Virus genome (UHGV): UHGV-0385519
Length of the DNA: 42,329 nt
Source of the DNA: a virus
Strand: one strand, 5' to 3'
In this document: positions 1 through 8,147 of the stretch, in pieces
How positions within the stretch are numbered: the stretch's first letter is position 1
How the letters are laid out: every line of letters starts with the position of its first letter
Translations under genes and position numbers: made by a program
Notes under the pieces: generated by a model
Told to the model about the DNA's origin: nothing
The model's database searches: none
What the model saw: the letters and a program-made list of their open reading frames with translations, nothing else

Positions 1-279
1 TGGCGCATCCTCTTTTGGTTCTTCCTTATCGTCTGCTGGTTTATCCTCTTTTGGCTCATCCTCTTTTGGTTTATCCTCTGTTTGAGGTTCTTTATCATCG
101 TTGTTAGGTTCGCCTTTTGGTTCATCATCAGACTTAGGTGTGTCCTCGTTGCCTTTATCAGCTAGAGCGCGCTCTTCAATATCTTTTTCTTTGATACTGG
201 CAATAATTGAGCGTGCTTCTTCAATCTCGCCTTTATCAAGTAATTCTTGCGCTTTGGCTAACATTTCATCACGTGTCAA
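1..279 (-). CDS. 5' part of an ORF running off the left edge (TTG 279 or ATG 264 after RBS AAAGGAG 288-294). It is a helical, then acidic PKED-rich low-complexity segment. It is the probable N-terminal delta/scaffold-like region of the major capsid protein if the window is a circular genome.
   Basis: Open frame with no stop from 279 to 1. The codon phase ends exactly at nt 1 and is in frame with the stop-free 51 nt upstream of the capsid ATG at 42278. The position matches the canonical protease-capsid order. Confidence 0.4.
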   Translation of the reverse strand, partial: MTRDEMLAKAQELLDKGEIEEARSIIASIKEKDIEERALADKGNEDTPKSDDEPKGEPNNDDKEPQTEDKPKEDEPKEDKPADDKEEPKEDAP

Positions 280-349
280 ACATATCGCTCCTTTACTAGT
301 TATTTTCTTACTAAAGTCATTATAGCATTAAACGCTAGACTTGTGGGCG

Positions 350-901
350 TTACTTGAACAACCCTAACAAGTCTAATTCTGTCTGCATTTTACGCTTTTC
401 TAACTCTGTCTGCGCTTGTTCTAATGAACGCTGTGCTACACTTACATCTGTGTCTGCATAAGCTGGGATAGAAACCAGTGAGATTTCCATAAGCTTTCCA
501 ATTTGTTTGATGGTACGAACTAACATATCTTGCCCATCCGTCCACACATCATCCGCCACTGTAAATCCAAATGAACACTGACTAAGGTCACCGCGTTTAA
601 CAAGAGCTAAAGCATCGTTACCAACAGTGGTATCTGGTAGAACGGCTCTAAATTTTAGACCTACTTCGTCAACTTCTAATTTTAGAGTACCACTTTTTGT
701 GCGCCCTAATAGTTTCGCTGGGTCGTGGTCTACGAATAATCGCACGTCTGACATATCCACACCATCTAATGCGCTACGGTCAATATATTCAATAAACCCA
801 CCTAAATCCTCACTTGGTTTACCGAACTTTAAAGCGTAGCCCTCTACTACATTATCCTCATTCTGTATATTCTGTAGCTGTCTGATTTCAAGATTCTTCA
901 T
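350..901 (-). CDS. Prohead maturation protease (HK97 family)
   Basis: 183 aa. Its size and composition fit HK97-type prohead proteases. It lies immediately downstream of portal in the late operon and overlaps the portal stop. Confidence 0.75.
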   Translation of the reverse strand: MKNLEIRQLQNIQNEDNVVEGYALKFGKPSEDLGGFIEYIDRSALDGVDMSDVRLFVDHDPAKLLGRTKSGTLKLEVDEVGLKFRAVLPDTTVGNDALALVKRGDLSQCSFGFTVADDVWTDGQDMLVRTIKQIGKLMEISLVSIPAYADTDVSVAQRSLEQAQTELEKRKMQTELDLLGLFK

Positions 902-2051
902 CTACTGTCACATCCTCTTCCGTTTTTACTTCCAATTGTGTATCATATTCTGGCAACGCATCATAACCAAAATACTCACGTACTTCGTTATTTGTGAAAC
1001 TACCTAATAACTCTTTAGATACTTTTCCAGTGAATAATACTTTTCGTCTATCATCTAGTGTATCATTTAAGATAGTTGAAAAGTCCATTTCTAAAACAGT
1101 ACCTGTTTTAATTGCGATTTCATCACAAATAGCAGATTCATACTGACTAAGTGTTGATGCAATGTATATTTCGTTTTGTCCGCTATCTGTTGAGTTTACT
1201 AACTCCATACCAAAACGGTTCAACGGAATACCTAACACTTTGGCAATTTGTTGTGTACTGAATTTGTTTGCTTGAATCAATTTAAGAATTTCAGTGTTCA
1301 TCTTATATTCTGTAAACTCTGTTGATTCATCTAACACAATCACACCATTAGACTTTGTACTACCAGCGTTAGCTTCTTCAAAATCTTCGCGAATTTTCTT
1401 TTTGGTTGCATTGTCTACGTAACCTTTTTTCAGTTTCAAGATTCCACCACCAAACACACCATCGGAAAAGAACTTGGTCAAAATCTTATTACCGTTTGAT
1501 TGCATGGCGATTTCATCATTTAATGATAATAGTGGGCTTCTTCCTAAGAAACCATCTACGGATGAAATTCTGAAATGTAAAATATCAGATTCATTACAAT
1601 GGTACATCTTGCTTCCATAGTCTAAGGTTACATCATAGCGCCATTCACCTGTGGTCATATCTTGAATTACATTCACTTGGTCCGCTCTCACAAACTCTAA
1701 AGATGTGATAGGACTTGTGTAGTCGTTTCTTGTTTCGCGATGAATAACAGCATACGCATTTCCATATAAGATAAGTTGTGCTACTGTTGCATATAAAAAT
1801 GTGTAGTGGCTTTGTTTCTTGTGTGGTCTTTTGTTTAATAGTTTGATTAAACTCTTGTCGCTTGGTTCATCTGGAACATTTCTAAACATCGTTTTACCAA
1901 TATCACCAGCAATAATATTTACACCAGTATATACATCTGAATTTTTCAGTGCATCCAACCCTGTTAATGGTGGTATATCCATCATTCCATTGTTGATATA
2001 ATCAATAAAACGGTCGCTTGTCATGCTTTTTGGTGCAATAAATACGCCCAT
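888..2051 (-). CDS. Portal protein (HK97-family type)
   Basis: 387 aa, between terminase large subunit and protease. Typical portal size and position. Confidence 0.8.
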   Translation of the reverse strand: MGVFIAPKSMTSDRFIDYINNGMMDIPPLTGLDALKNSDVYTGVNIIAGDIGKTMFRNVPDEPSDKSLIKLLNKRPHKKQSHYTFLYATVAQLILYGNAYAVIHRETRNDYTSPITSLEFVRADQVNVIQDMTTGEWRYDVTLDYGSKMYHCNESDILHFRISSVDGFLGRSPLLSLNDEIAMQSNGNKILTKFFSDGVFGGGILKLKKGYVDNATKKKIREDFEEANAGSTKSNGVIVLDESTEFTEYKMNTEILKLIQANKFSTQQIAKVLGIPLNRFGMELVNSTDSGQNEIYIASTLSQYESAICDEIAIKTGTVLEMDFSTILNDTLDDRRKVLFTGKVSKELLGSFTNNEVREYFGYDALPEYDTQLEVKTEEDVTVDEES

Positions 2052-2054
2052 TTA

Positions 2055-2219
2055 CTAGTTAACCTCCTTTAGTTCTAGGTATAATACAACGCAAGGTATT
2101 AAAAATAACACCCCTAATGCTACAAAACCTAGCATAATATTCATTAAAAAGCCAGCAATTACTAAGGAAATTGCCCCTAAAATGTAAAATAAAATAACTA
2201 ATACTGTAGGTTTAAACAT
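2055..2219 (-). CDS. Small hydrophobic membrane protein (54 aa, 2 predicted TM)
   Basis: ATG at 2219 preceded by GGAGGG RBS. Translation MFKPTVLVILFYILGAISLVIAGFLMNIMLGFVALGVLFLIPCVVLYLELKEVN. Not in the ORF track (<60 aa). Confidence 0.4.
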   Translation of the reverse strand: MFKPTVLVILFYILGAISLVIAGFLMNIMLGFVALGVLFLIPCVVLYLELKEVN

Positions 2220-2261
2220 TATTATCCCTCCTATATAGTCCTATTTTAACACAAAAGTATG

Positions 2262-2296
2262 CAAAAAAGAGTGGTGCTTAAACCACTCTCTTATAC
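2262..2296 (-). terminator. Rho-independent terminator directly after terL stop, read on the minus strand
   Basis: Perfect 8-bp stem AGAGTGGT/ACCACTCT with a 6-nt loop. On the minus-strand RNA it is followed by a U6 run (plus-strand A-run 2262-2267). Confidence 0.55.
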
Positions 2297-4018
2297 ACCA
2301 AAGCCAAACTGACCTTGCTCTACTAACATTTCAAAGTTTGCCATGTTAAAATCGTAGTACATCGCTTCTGATAGCGCATTTATTAAGGCATCCAGTGAAT
2401 CAATCTTATTACGATTCAATTTCTTTTCTATACTTATATTGTCCGCAAATTCTTTAAGATATGCGTTGTACATTGCAGTATTTAATAAAGGGTTGTTATT
2501 ATGAATAACCTCACCTTTGTATATTGCATCACGCAAAAACTTTGTAGGTGCATTTAAGTATTGGATGCGCTGTGGTACTTCGATTAACATTCTCTCTCCG
2601 AATACTTCTGCTAGTTTCAAAACAGATTGTGATGCTTGGTGACCATCGTAATAGATACCTTGTAGGTCCAAGTCGTACTCTTCTACAAAGTTAATTATCC
2701 AGTCGCACATGTCCGCGTGGTCTACCAAACCACTTTCTAGTTTACTGATTGAAACCAATCCTTGATTTTCAAACTGCCTGTAAGGAATTTTATCCTCTTG
2801 TATCTTACGCTCAATGCCTCCAATTGATGCAATAAACCCATGAGTGTCTAACAATAGTTTCTGTTCTTCTTCAATTGGTATTACCCAACTAACCGCTGTA
2901 ATATCTCGTGTGCGTGATAAGTCCATACCAATATAAACAGGACGCTTTCTAATGTCGTACTCTTTCGTAGCTTTGACGGCTTCCCAACTCTCTTTATCCA
3001 TGAAACTATCTTGTGATGCTTGTACCCAGAAGTTCATTTCTTTCGTTAGCCATCCACTCATATCGCCTTTAGCTTTATACTCTGCCAATGAATTAATTTT
3101 ATGCTCATACATCGTTTCGTATAACTGCGTATTCTCAAACAATGGGTTTGCTTTTATCCAGTTCTCTTGATTGTCTACTTCGCTCAAACTATCCATTTCC
3201 CAACATAAAGCTAAGTATGCATCCGCTTCTACTTCATCATTCAATAGTTTAGTAATAAACGGATATTCTATAGAGTGCATAGGACCATTCAGGTTCTTTG
3301 TTGTGGTACTGATAATTAATATCAGACCTTGTTCTTGTTGTGACTGTGAACTTTCTAATACTTCAATTAATGCAGTGCTTTTTGCTTCGCCGTATTCATC
3401 TAACACACCGCAAAGTACGTCCAATCCGTCTAAGCTATCCGCATCGCTTGCTAAAGGTTTAACTGTTGATTCATCCTCTAATTGCTCAATATCATATTTG
3501 TTTACTTTGGTTATCTTACGAACACTCTCGCTCACATTTCGTAATGCTTTAAGCTGTGATTTTAGCATACGGAATACAATACCAGCTTGCTCTTTAGTAT
3601 TCGCGCCAGCTACAATCTGTCTGGATGCTTTAGGGCTTTGACCTAGTAAAAACTCATATAATGAAATACCAGCAACTAGGATAGATTTTCCGTTCTTACG
3701 TGCTAAACTGATATATACTTTTCTGAATCTGCGCATACCATTTTTCTTTTTGCGCCATCCATATATTAAACCAACAATAAAGCGCTGGAATTTAGCTAGT
3801 GTATTTGTCTTTTTACTTTTTGGGTCTGGTAACATTTCAATAAACGCCACTGGCTCAATAGCTTCTTGCGGGTCGTAGTAATACGGATATTCTGGGTCTT
3901 TTGATTTTTCTAAATCTCTTTCATGCCGTTTGATTGCTTGCTTTATTTTATTACCTATTGGTATGTTATTCATTCGTACATAATCAATATAATCTTGAAC
4001 ATAATCTATATTATCCAT
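2291..4018 (-). CDS. terL: Terminase large subunit
   Basis: 575 aa. N-terminal ATPase with Walker A-like ARKNGKS and a C-terminal nuclease region. Good AGGAGG RBS. Position is upstream of portal. Confidence 0.85.
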   Translation of the reverse strand: MDNIDYVQDYIDYVRMNNIPIGNKIKQAIKRHERDLEKSKDPEYPYYYDPQEAIEPVAFIEMLPDPKSKKTNTLAKFQRFIVGLIYGWRKKKNGMRRFRKVYISLARKNGKSILVAGISLYEFLLGQSPKASRQIVAGANTKEQAGIVFRMLKSQLKALRNVSESVRKITKVNKYDIEQLEDESTVKPLASDADSLDGLDVLCGVLDEYGEAKSTALIEVLESSQSQQEQGLILIISTTTKNLNGPMHSIEYPFITKLLNDEVEADAYLALCWEMDSLSEVDNQENWIKANPLFENTQLYETMYEHKINSLAEYKAKGDMSGWLTKEMNFWVQASQDSFMDKESWEAVKATKEYDIRKRPVYIGMDLSRTRDITAVSWVIPIEEEQKLLLDTHGFIASIGGIERKIQEDKIPYRQFENQGLVSISKLESGLVDHADMCDWIINFVEEYDLDLQGIYYDGHQASQSVLKLAEVFGERMLIEVPQRIQYLNAPTKFLRDAIYKGEVIHNNNPLLNTAMYNAYLKEFADNISIEKKLNRNKIDSLDALINALSEAMYYDFNMANFEMLVEQGQFGFGV

Positions 4019-4039
4019 ATGTATACCTCCTTGTTTCTA

Positions 4040-4260
4040 TTATAGCATAAATAAAAAGACTTAGGTCGTGAGTTTATCCAAAGGGGATAATAAACTTACC
4101 TAAGTCTTTTGGTCTTGTTATGCGATTGGCGGACCTCTCGCATACGGCGTTCCTCACAAGACCATCATTAACATGTCCGCAACTTTTGGCAGAAGTTGCG
4201 CCTGAATAGTATTTGCCCACTACTATTCTAAATCTACAAAATCATCTGGGAGGTGTTTTG
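4040..4260. other. GC-rich (about 50%) structured non-coding element in a 265-nt terS-terL gap
   Basis: Nested inverted repeats: GGTCTTGT(4121-4128)...ACAAGACC(4170-4177) enclosing TATGCGA...TCGCATA, then GCAACTT...AAGTTGC. An A-run/T-run flanked hairpin GACTTAGGT...ACCTAAGTC lies at about 4056-4110. GC content is far above the genome background. Confidence 0.35.
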
Positions 4261-4283
4261 TAAATACATTATAACACAATATG

Positions 4284-4757
4284 TTAACCTTGTGCGCGTA
4301 ACTTGATTAACTGACCTAGTGGGTCTTTGCTTTCGTCATCTACTTCGCTAGGTGCTACAATTTTTAGACGTGAGTTAATCGTTAACCCTAGGTCGTTCGT
4401 AGCGCTTTTTAGTTCTTTAGAATACGAGTTCATAGCATTTACTTTAGGATTCAACTTGCCATCTGGTGTAAGTTCGCCCTCAACTGATACTTCCTCAGCT
4501 ACCTTTGCATATAAGTATGAGTAATTGCAATACCTAACCATTGCTTGTTGGTCCAATTCAGAAATAGGTAAATCACCTATGAAATGAGAAATTCGTTCCC
4601 ACTCTGGATAAGCGCCACGCAATAAACCCATAGGAAAATAAGAAAAGTCTAAAGGCTCATAATTCTTTAGGCGTTCTTCTTCCTTTTTCTTTTGGTGCTG
4701 TTGCTCTTGTGTTAGATTTCCTTGTTGTGCATTTAATAGCTTGCGTGGTCTAGCCAT
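4284..4757 (-). CDS. terS: Terminase small subunit (P27-family like)
   Basis: 157 aa, basic N-terminus. It lies immediately downstream of HNH endonuclease and upstream of terL. RBS is AAGGAGG. Confidence 0.65.
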   Translation of the reverse strand: MARPRKLLNAQQGNLTQEQQHQKKKEEERLKNYEPLDFSYFPMGLLRGAYPEWERISHFIGDLPISELDQQAMVRYCNYSYLYAKVAEEVSVEGELTPDGKLNPKVNAMNSYSKELKSATNDLGLTINSRLKIVAPSEVDDESKDPLGQLIKLRAQG

Positions 4758-4771
4758 CTTCTTTCACCTCC

Positions 4772-4945
4772 TTATACAACTTGGATAATTTCATAATGGC
4801 GGTTCTTACCACCTAGCTTCGTTTTTACGTCTTTAAAGTACCCAGATTTTTTATTATAAAATCTATCTGCTTCTGACTGTGATTTAAAAACGCGCGTTTG
4901 TTGTGTTCGTAAATCTTTTACCATAATAGGCTTAGGAGCTGGCAT
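4772..4945 (-). CDS. Small basic protein (57 aa) translationally coupled to terS
   Basis: ATG at 4945 with GGAGG RBS 10 nt upstream. Translation MPAPKPIMVKDLRTQQTRVFKSQSEADRFYNKKSGYFKDVKTKLGGKNRHYEIIQVV. Its stop overlaps the terS RBS. Not in the ORF track (<60 aa). Confidence 0.4.
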   Translation of the reverse strand: MPAPKPIMVKDLRTQQTRVFKSQSEADRFYNKKSGYFKDVKTKLGGKNRHYEIIQVV

Positions 4946-4949
4946 AAAA

Positions 4950-5283
4950 CTATAACCTCCAATCTATGTATTTTAAGAAAAAAGTCCCTAACAAAATTAT
5001 AACATAAAAATATTTATTTGAGAAACCAGTTCCCATGCTGTCTATAAGGGAGTAAAATCGTATTAGTGAGTTTATGAAACAATCTGTGTAACCATTGATT
5101 TTATTGAAAAGAAACCATGTTTTTATCTGTTTTTAGTGGGGAAAAAGCCCATTTTGAAACTTCGTTTTTAGAAATTCGTGTGAAAAAAAGAGTTCTCCGA
5201 TTGATTCCAAAAATTTTATAGGGCGGGGGTATCAAAATTTTCTGGCTATCCCCTACCTACATTTTATCAGACACCCCACAATT
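4950..5283. other. Non-coding region between HNH and terS, candidate cos/packaging-initiation region
   Basis: About 330 nt without ORFs. Contains G-rich dyads (GGGGAAAAAGCCC; GGGGGTATC...GCTATCCCC at about 5225-5255). In cos phages the HNH-TerS(P27)-TerL arrangement typically has cos just upstream of terS. Confidence 0.3.
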
Positions 5284-5682
5284 TTATTTGTGGCTAGCCC
5301 TCCCAGCGTTTTTGAAGCTGTGAGCGTGTTCTTCTTTGTTGTGGCACTCTTGACAGATTGATTCTAAATTATTAATATCTAATCTTTCTTTCCAACCTAA
5401 AACAGTTCTAATCTCGTGCTTGTGGTGGACGATTGTGGCAAGGTTAGTGTAGTGGTTTCCGTTGCGTTCACATGCTTCACACATTGGATTGATACTCAAC
5501 TTGTATTGTCTTAACCTTTTCCATTCACCTGACTGATAGAACTCTGCATACTTCTTATTCTGTGGCGATGTCCTTACATATTTATTGTACTGTGTTGCAT
5601 TCATTCCTTTGTGCTTATCACAATACAACTCTGGTTGCTTTACATATTCTCTACACAAAGCAACCTTACACTTCCTCATCAT
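5284..5682 (-). CDS. HNH endonuclease (terminase-associated)
   Basis: 132 aa with CxxC...HH...N...CxxCH motifs (CEACERNGNHYTNLATIVHHKHEIR...NLESICQECHNKEEH). Position upstream of terS. Confidence 0.85.
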   Translation of the reverse strand: MMRKCKVALCREYVKQPELYCDKHKGMNATQYNKYVRTSPQNKKYAEFYQSGEWKRLRQYKLSINPMCEACERNGNHYTNLATIVHHKHEIRTVLGWKERLDINNLESICQECHNKEEHAHSFKNAGRASHK

Positions 5683-5888
5683 TAGAACGAGTAGATGTCC
5701 TTTGTCTGTTCAGTATTGCCAAAGGAGTATGATGTTAATGGGGTTGGTGGTTCTACATATTCAATTGTATCTGTGGTTAATATTGGATGTGCTACACTAT
5801 CCTCTAGTTCTCTGATATATCCCAGCAGTTCTAACTTACTGACTTTAAGTAATTGCTTATCTGTTTTGCCAGATAGTTCGTGGTTCAT
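5682..5888 (-). CDS. Hypothetical protein (68 aa)
   Basis: ORF with ATGA start/stop overlap to HNH. In the late-arm leader region. Confidence 0.45.
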   Translation of the reverse strand: MNHELSGKTDKQLLKVSKLELLGYIRELEDSVAHPILTTDTIEYVEPPTPLTSYSFGNTEQTKDIYSF

Positions 5889-6091
5889 TACTTATCACCT
5901 CTATTCGCAAAGCCTACAATAAGTTTAACGATAATTGATACTACTAAGATACTAGCAATCACTGGGTGTCCACATGCTACTAATGATACTAATACGATAT
6001 ACATTACATATACAGTAAACCCTAACATTGCTACTGCCAATAGTAAACCAAGTAATACTCCTAGAACTTCCTTTACATTATTATCATTCAT
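5888..6091 (-). CDS. Small membrane protein (67 aa, 2 TM)
   Basis: Hydrophobic ORF. GGAGG RBS (complement of 6101-6105). First gene of the leftward arm. Confidence 0.45.
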   Translation of the reverse strand: MNDNNVKEVLGVLLGLLLAVAMLGFTVYVMYIVLVSLVACGHPVIASILVVSIIVKLIVGFANRGDK

Positions 6092-6122
6092 GAATTAATT
6101 CCTCCTATTTGTTTATGTACTT

Positions 6123-6131
6123 ATTATAGCA
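6123..6131 (-). promoter_or_regulatory. Extended -10 promoter (TGcTATAAT) for the leftward late arm
   Basis: Reverse complement of 6123-6131 is TGCTATAAT, about 32 nt upstream of the ATG at 6091. No good -35 box. Confidence 0.35.
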
Positions 6132-6183
6132 TACTTTATTAATCTTTAGGGAACATATTAATCATAAGCAAACCATATTAGTT

Positions 6184-6495
6184 CTAAGTGTTCCACTTGT
6201 GGCACTTCTTGTTACACTTCTCAATTACAAAGTGGAACGCTCTAAACGCTGTTATATCAACGTTTCTTACATAGTGTTACACTTGTTCCACTTTGTTTCT
6301 ACTGATATAAAATAAAAAAATTATATAAAAATATATTTAATATATATGGGATAAGTTAAAATAAAGTGGAACAAGTGTACAACTGGAACACTGGTTTCTT
6401 AAACGTTGATATATAAGTGTTTCTAATTAAAAATAATGTTGCACTTTACAATTTCAAAGTGTAACATTTTAACTTAGAAGTGTAACACTTATAAA
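6184..6495. repeat. Repeat-rich AT-rich divergent control / origin-like region
   Basis: Hyphenated dyad: TTATATCAACGTTT(6252-6265) + ACACTTGTTCCACTTT(6279-6294), then a 60-bp greater-than-85% AT core, then AAAGTGGAACAAGTGT(6363-6378) + AAACGTTGATATATAA(6401-6416). Extra AAGTGGAAC/GTTCCACTT copies at 6188 and 6230. AAGTGTAACA direct repeats at 6459 and 6478. Confidence 0.5.
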
Positions 6496-6511
6496 ATTTT
6501 AAACAAAAGTG

Positions 6512-6540
6512 TTGACAAATTACCCAACATGGTTTAGTAT
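6512..6540 (+). promoter_or_regulatory. Sigma-A type early promoter (TTGACA-17-TAGTAT)
   Basis: TTGACA 6512-6517, 17-nt spacer, TAGTAT 6535-6540. AAAAGTG upstream box. Confidence 0.6.
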
Positions 6541-6586
6541 AATAAATGTACCACACAACAAACAAAACATTTAGGAGGAAAACAAT

Positions 6587-6811
6587 ATGCACTATAAATG
6601 GACAGAAAAAGGAACAGACTCAAATAAGGACTATCATTTCATTATGTGGCATGATGAAGAATGTAATGATGTAGTAGTACGTTGCAGTTACGGTAATGGT
6701 TCAATTGGTAATTACTCAACACAAGAGATATTCTCAAAAGGTGAAGAGCGCTATATATTTGATGAACTTGATAAAATGAAAGAACGATTATATGAGTGGT
6801 CACATAACTAA
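6587..6811 (+). CDS. Hypothetical early protein (74 aa)
   Basis: AGGAGG RBS. First gene of the rightward arm. Confidence 0.55.
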   Translation: MHYKWTEKGTDSNKDYHFIMWHDEECNDVVVRCSYGNGSIGNYSTQEIFSKGEERYIFDELDKMKERLYEWSHN

Positions 6812-6934
6812 AGAGTAAAACAACATTAAATGAGAAAGTTCTAATTAAACTATTAGAGCTTTCTCAATACATAATAAAAGATAGATGGTATTATAAATAC
6901 ATAAGATAACAAAAACAATTTAGGAGGAAACAAA

Positions 6935-7054
6935 ATGATTAAACGTAAAGTTAGAATTTTTACAAGAGATAATTTATTCCAAGAGTTCTTGGACAGAATG
7001 GATGAGGATACAACCATTGTTCACTATTCAGTGAATGATAACGGTACGCATTAA
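6935..7054 (+). CDS. Hypothetical small protein (39 aa)
   Basis: TAGGAGGAAACAAAATG RBS context. Short, not in the track. Confidence 0.35.
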   Translation: MIKRKVRIFTRDNLFQEFLDRMDEDTTIVHYSVNDNGTH

Positions 7055-7072
7055 ATTATTACTGAACGTGAG

Positions 7073-7312
7073 ATGTCAGATAATGAAGCTAAAGAATTTA
7101 AGATGAAGCTACTTAGAAAAGATATTGCAAAATGTGATGCACACTGGGAAACAGTAATTAAAGACTGTGAGCGAGCAGTTCACAACTACAATGTAGCATT
7201 AAACCATGAGATGGCTAACTTGTATATGCAACGTAGAGAAGAAGCAATAGATGCATACAACGAAGAACAAAATAAATTAATGAAAAGACTTAACAAACTA
7301 AGAAATTCATAG
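7073..7312 (+). CDS. Hypothetical coiled-coil protein (79 aa)
   Basis: ORF with a plausible start. Charged helical composition. Confidence 0.45.
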   Translation: MSDNEAKEFKMKLLRKDIAKCDAHWETVIKDCERAVHNYNVALNHEMANLYMQRREEAIDAYNEEQNKLMKRLNKLRNS

Positions 7313-7340
7313 TAAGATGGTTTCATAAGGAGGAATAATA

Positions 7341-7532
7341 ATGTTAGGACTAACACTGAAAAGTAAATATATAGTTTTAAAACGAGAGCTAAAAGAAGCA
7401 GAGCTTGGTGTACAGTATTGGAAGAGTATGCACGATATAGAGTTTAACAAACGACTTAATACAATCAAAGAATTGGCAAAAAAAGAACGCAGAATTGAAG
7501 AATTAGAAAAACAATTGGAGGACCTAAAATGA
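7341..7532 (+). CDS. Hypothetical coiled-coil protein (63 aa)
   Basis: AAGGAGGAATAATAATG RBS. Confidence 0.5.
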   Translation: MLGLTLKSKYIVLKRELKEAELGVQYWKSMHDIEFNKRLNTIKELAKKERRIEELEKQLEDLK

Positions 7533-7771
7533 ACTACAAAAATACAGAGATAAACAATCAGTACCCAAAAATGATTGAACTACCACAAGAGGTTAAACTA
7601 AAGATTTTGATTGACGACTTAAACATTGAATGCACAACAGTATTAATCCAATTACGTGACCCAGATATTACAATAGCTGAAATGAAACGATTAGAAGCTA
7701 GGTATGAACACGCAATCAAAGAAAGAGAATTAGCTTATTTAGAGTTATACAACTTAAAAGGAGGAAATTAA
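7529..7771 (+). CDS. Hypothetical protein (80 aa)
   Basis: GGAGGACCTAAAATGA junction cassette. ATGA overlap with the upstream gene. Confidence 0.5.
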   Translation: MNYKNTEINNQYPKMIELPQEVKLKILIDDLNIECTTVLIQLRDPDITIAEMKRLEARYEHAIKERELAYLELYNLKGGN

Positions 7772-7772
7772 C

Positions 7773-8147
7773 ATGACATTAAAAATTAAATGCTCATATG
7801 TAGCAGACGGCGAACCATTCACATTAGGGAGAACATATACTATTTATTGCGAAAGTGCAACTAATGGTCTGTATTATATTAAAGATGATTTAGGATTCAA
7901 TTTACCATATAGACATGTTGACGATATGGCAGTAATTGATGGACTACTAAGAAACTTAAATGACTTTTGGCATTCATATTTTATAAAATGTGTTACATTA
8001 GAAGAAGAACCAGAAAAAGACATTAAAAAAGAAGTACACGAATTACTTGACAAAGCAACTGAATTAATTTATAATAATCAGGAAGAGTTAAAAATTAGCT
8101 TAGATGATTTTGTAACACTAATTAGAATTAAGGAGGACCTAAAATGA
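7773..8147 (+). CDS. Member 1 of small paralogous early-protein family (124 aa)
   Basis: Shares N-terminal KC(S/T)...EPF(F)T...(K)EY.I....GY.IKDD...L..L..FW.S.F pattern with 8363..8770 and 8770..9168. Confidence 0.55.
   Translation: MTLKIKCSYVADGEPFTLGRTYTIYCESATNGLYYIKDDLGFNLPYRHVDDMAVIDGLLRNLNDFWHSYFIKCVTLEEEPEKDIKKEVHELLDKATELIYNNQEELKISLDDFVTLIRIKEDLK

Noticed and set aside
101-325. Plus-strand 74-aa ORF at the left edge
   Set aside because: Serine-rich low-complexity translation antisense to the better-supported minus-strand ORF (279..1). No RBS. Wrong strand for this arm.
4115-4180. Possible tRNA in the GC-rich terS-terL spacer
   Set aside because: Stems do not form a cloverleaf. No T-loop (GTTCnAnnC) or matching acceptor stem/CCA. 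The element is too short (about 57 nt between the outer stems).
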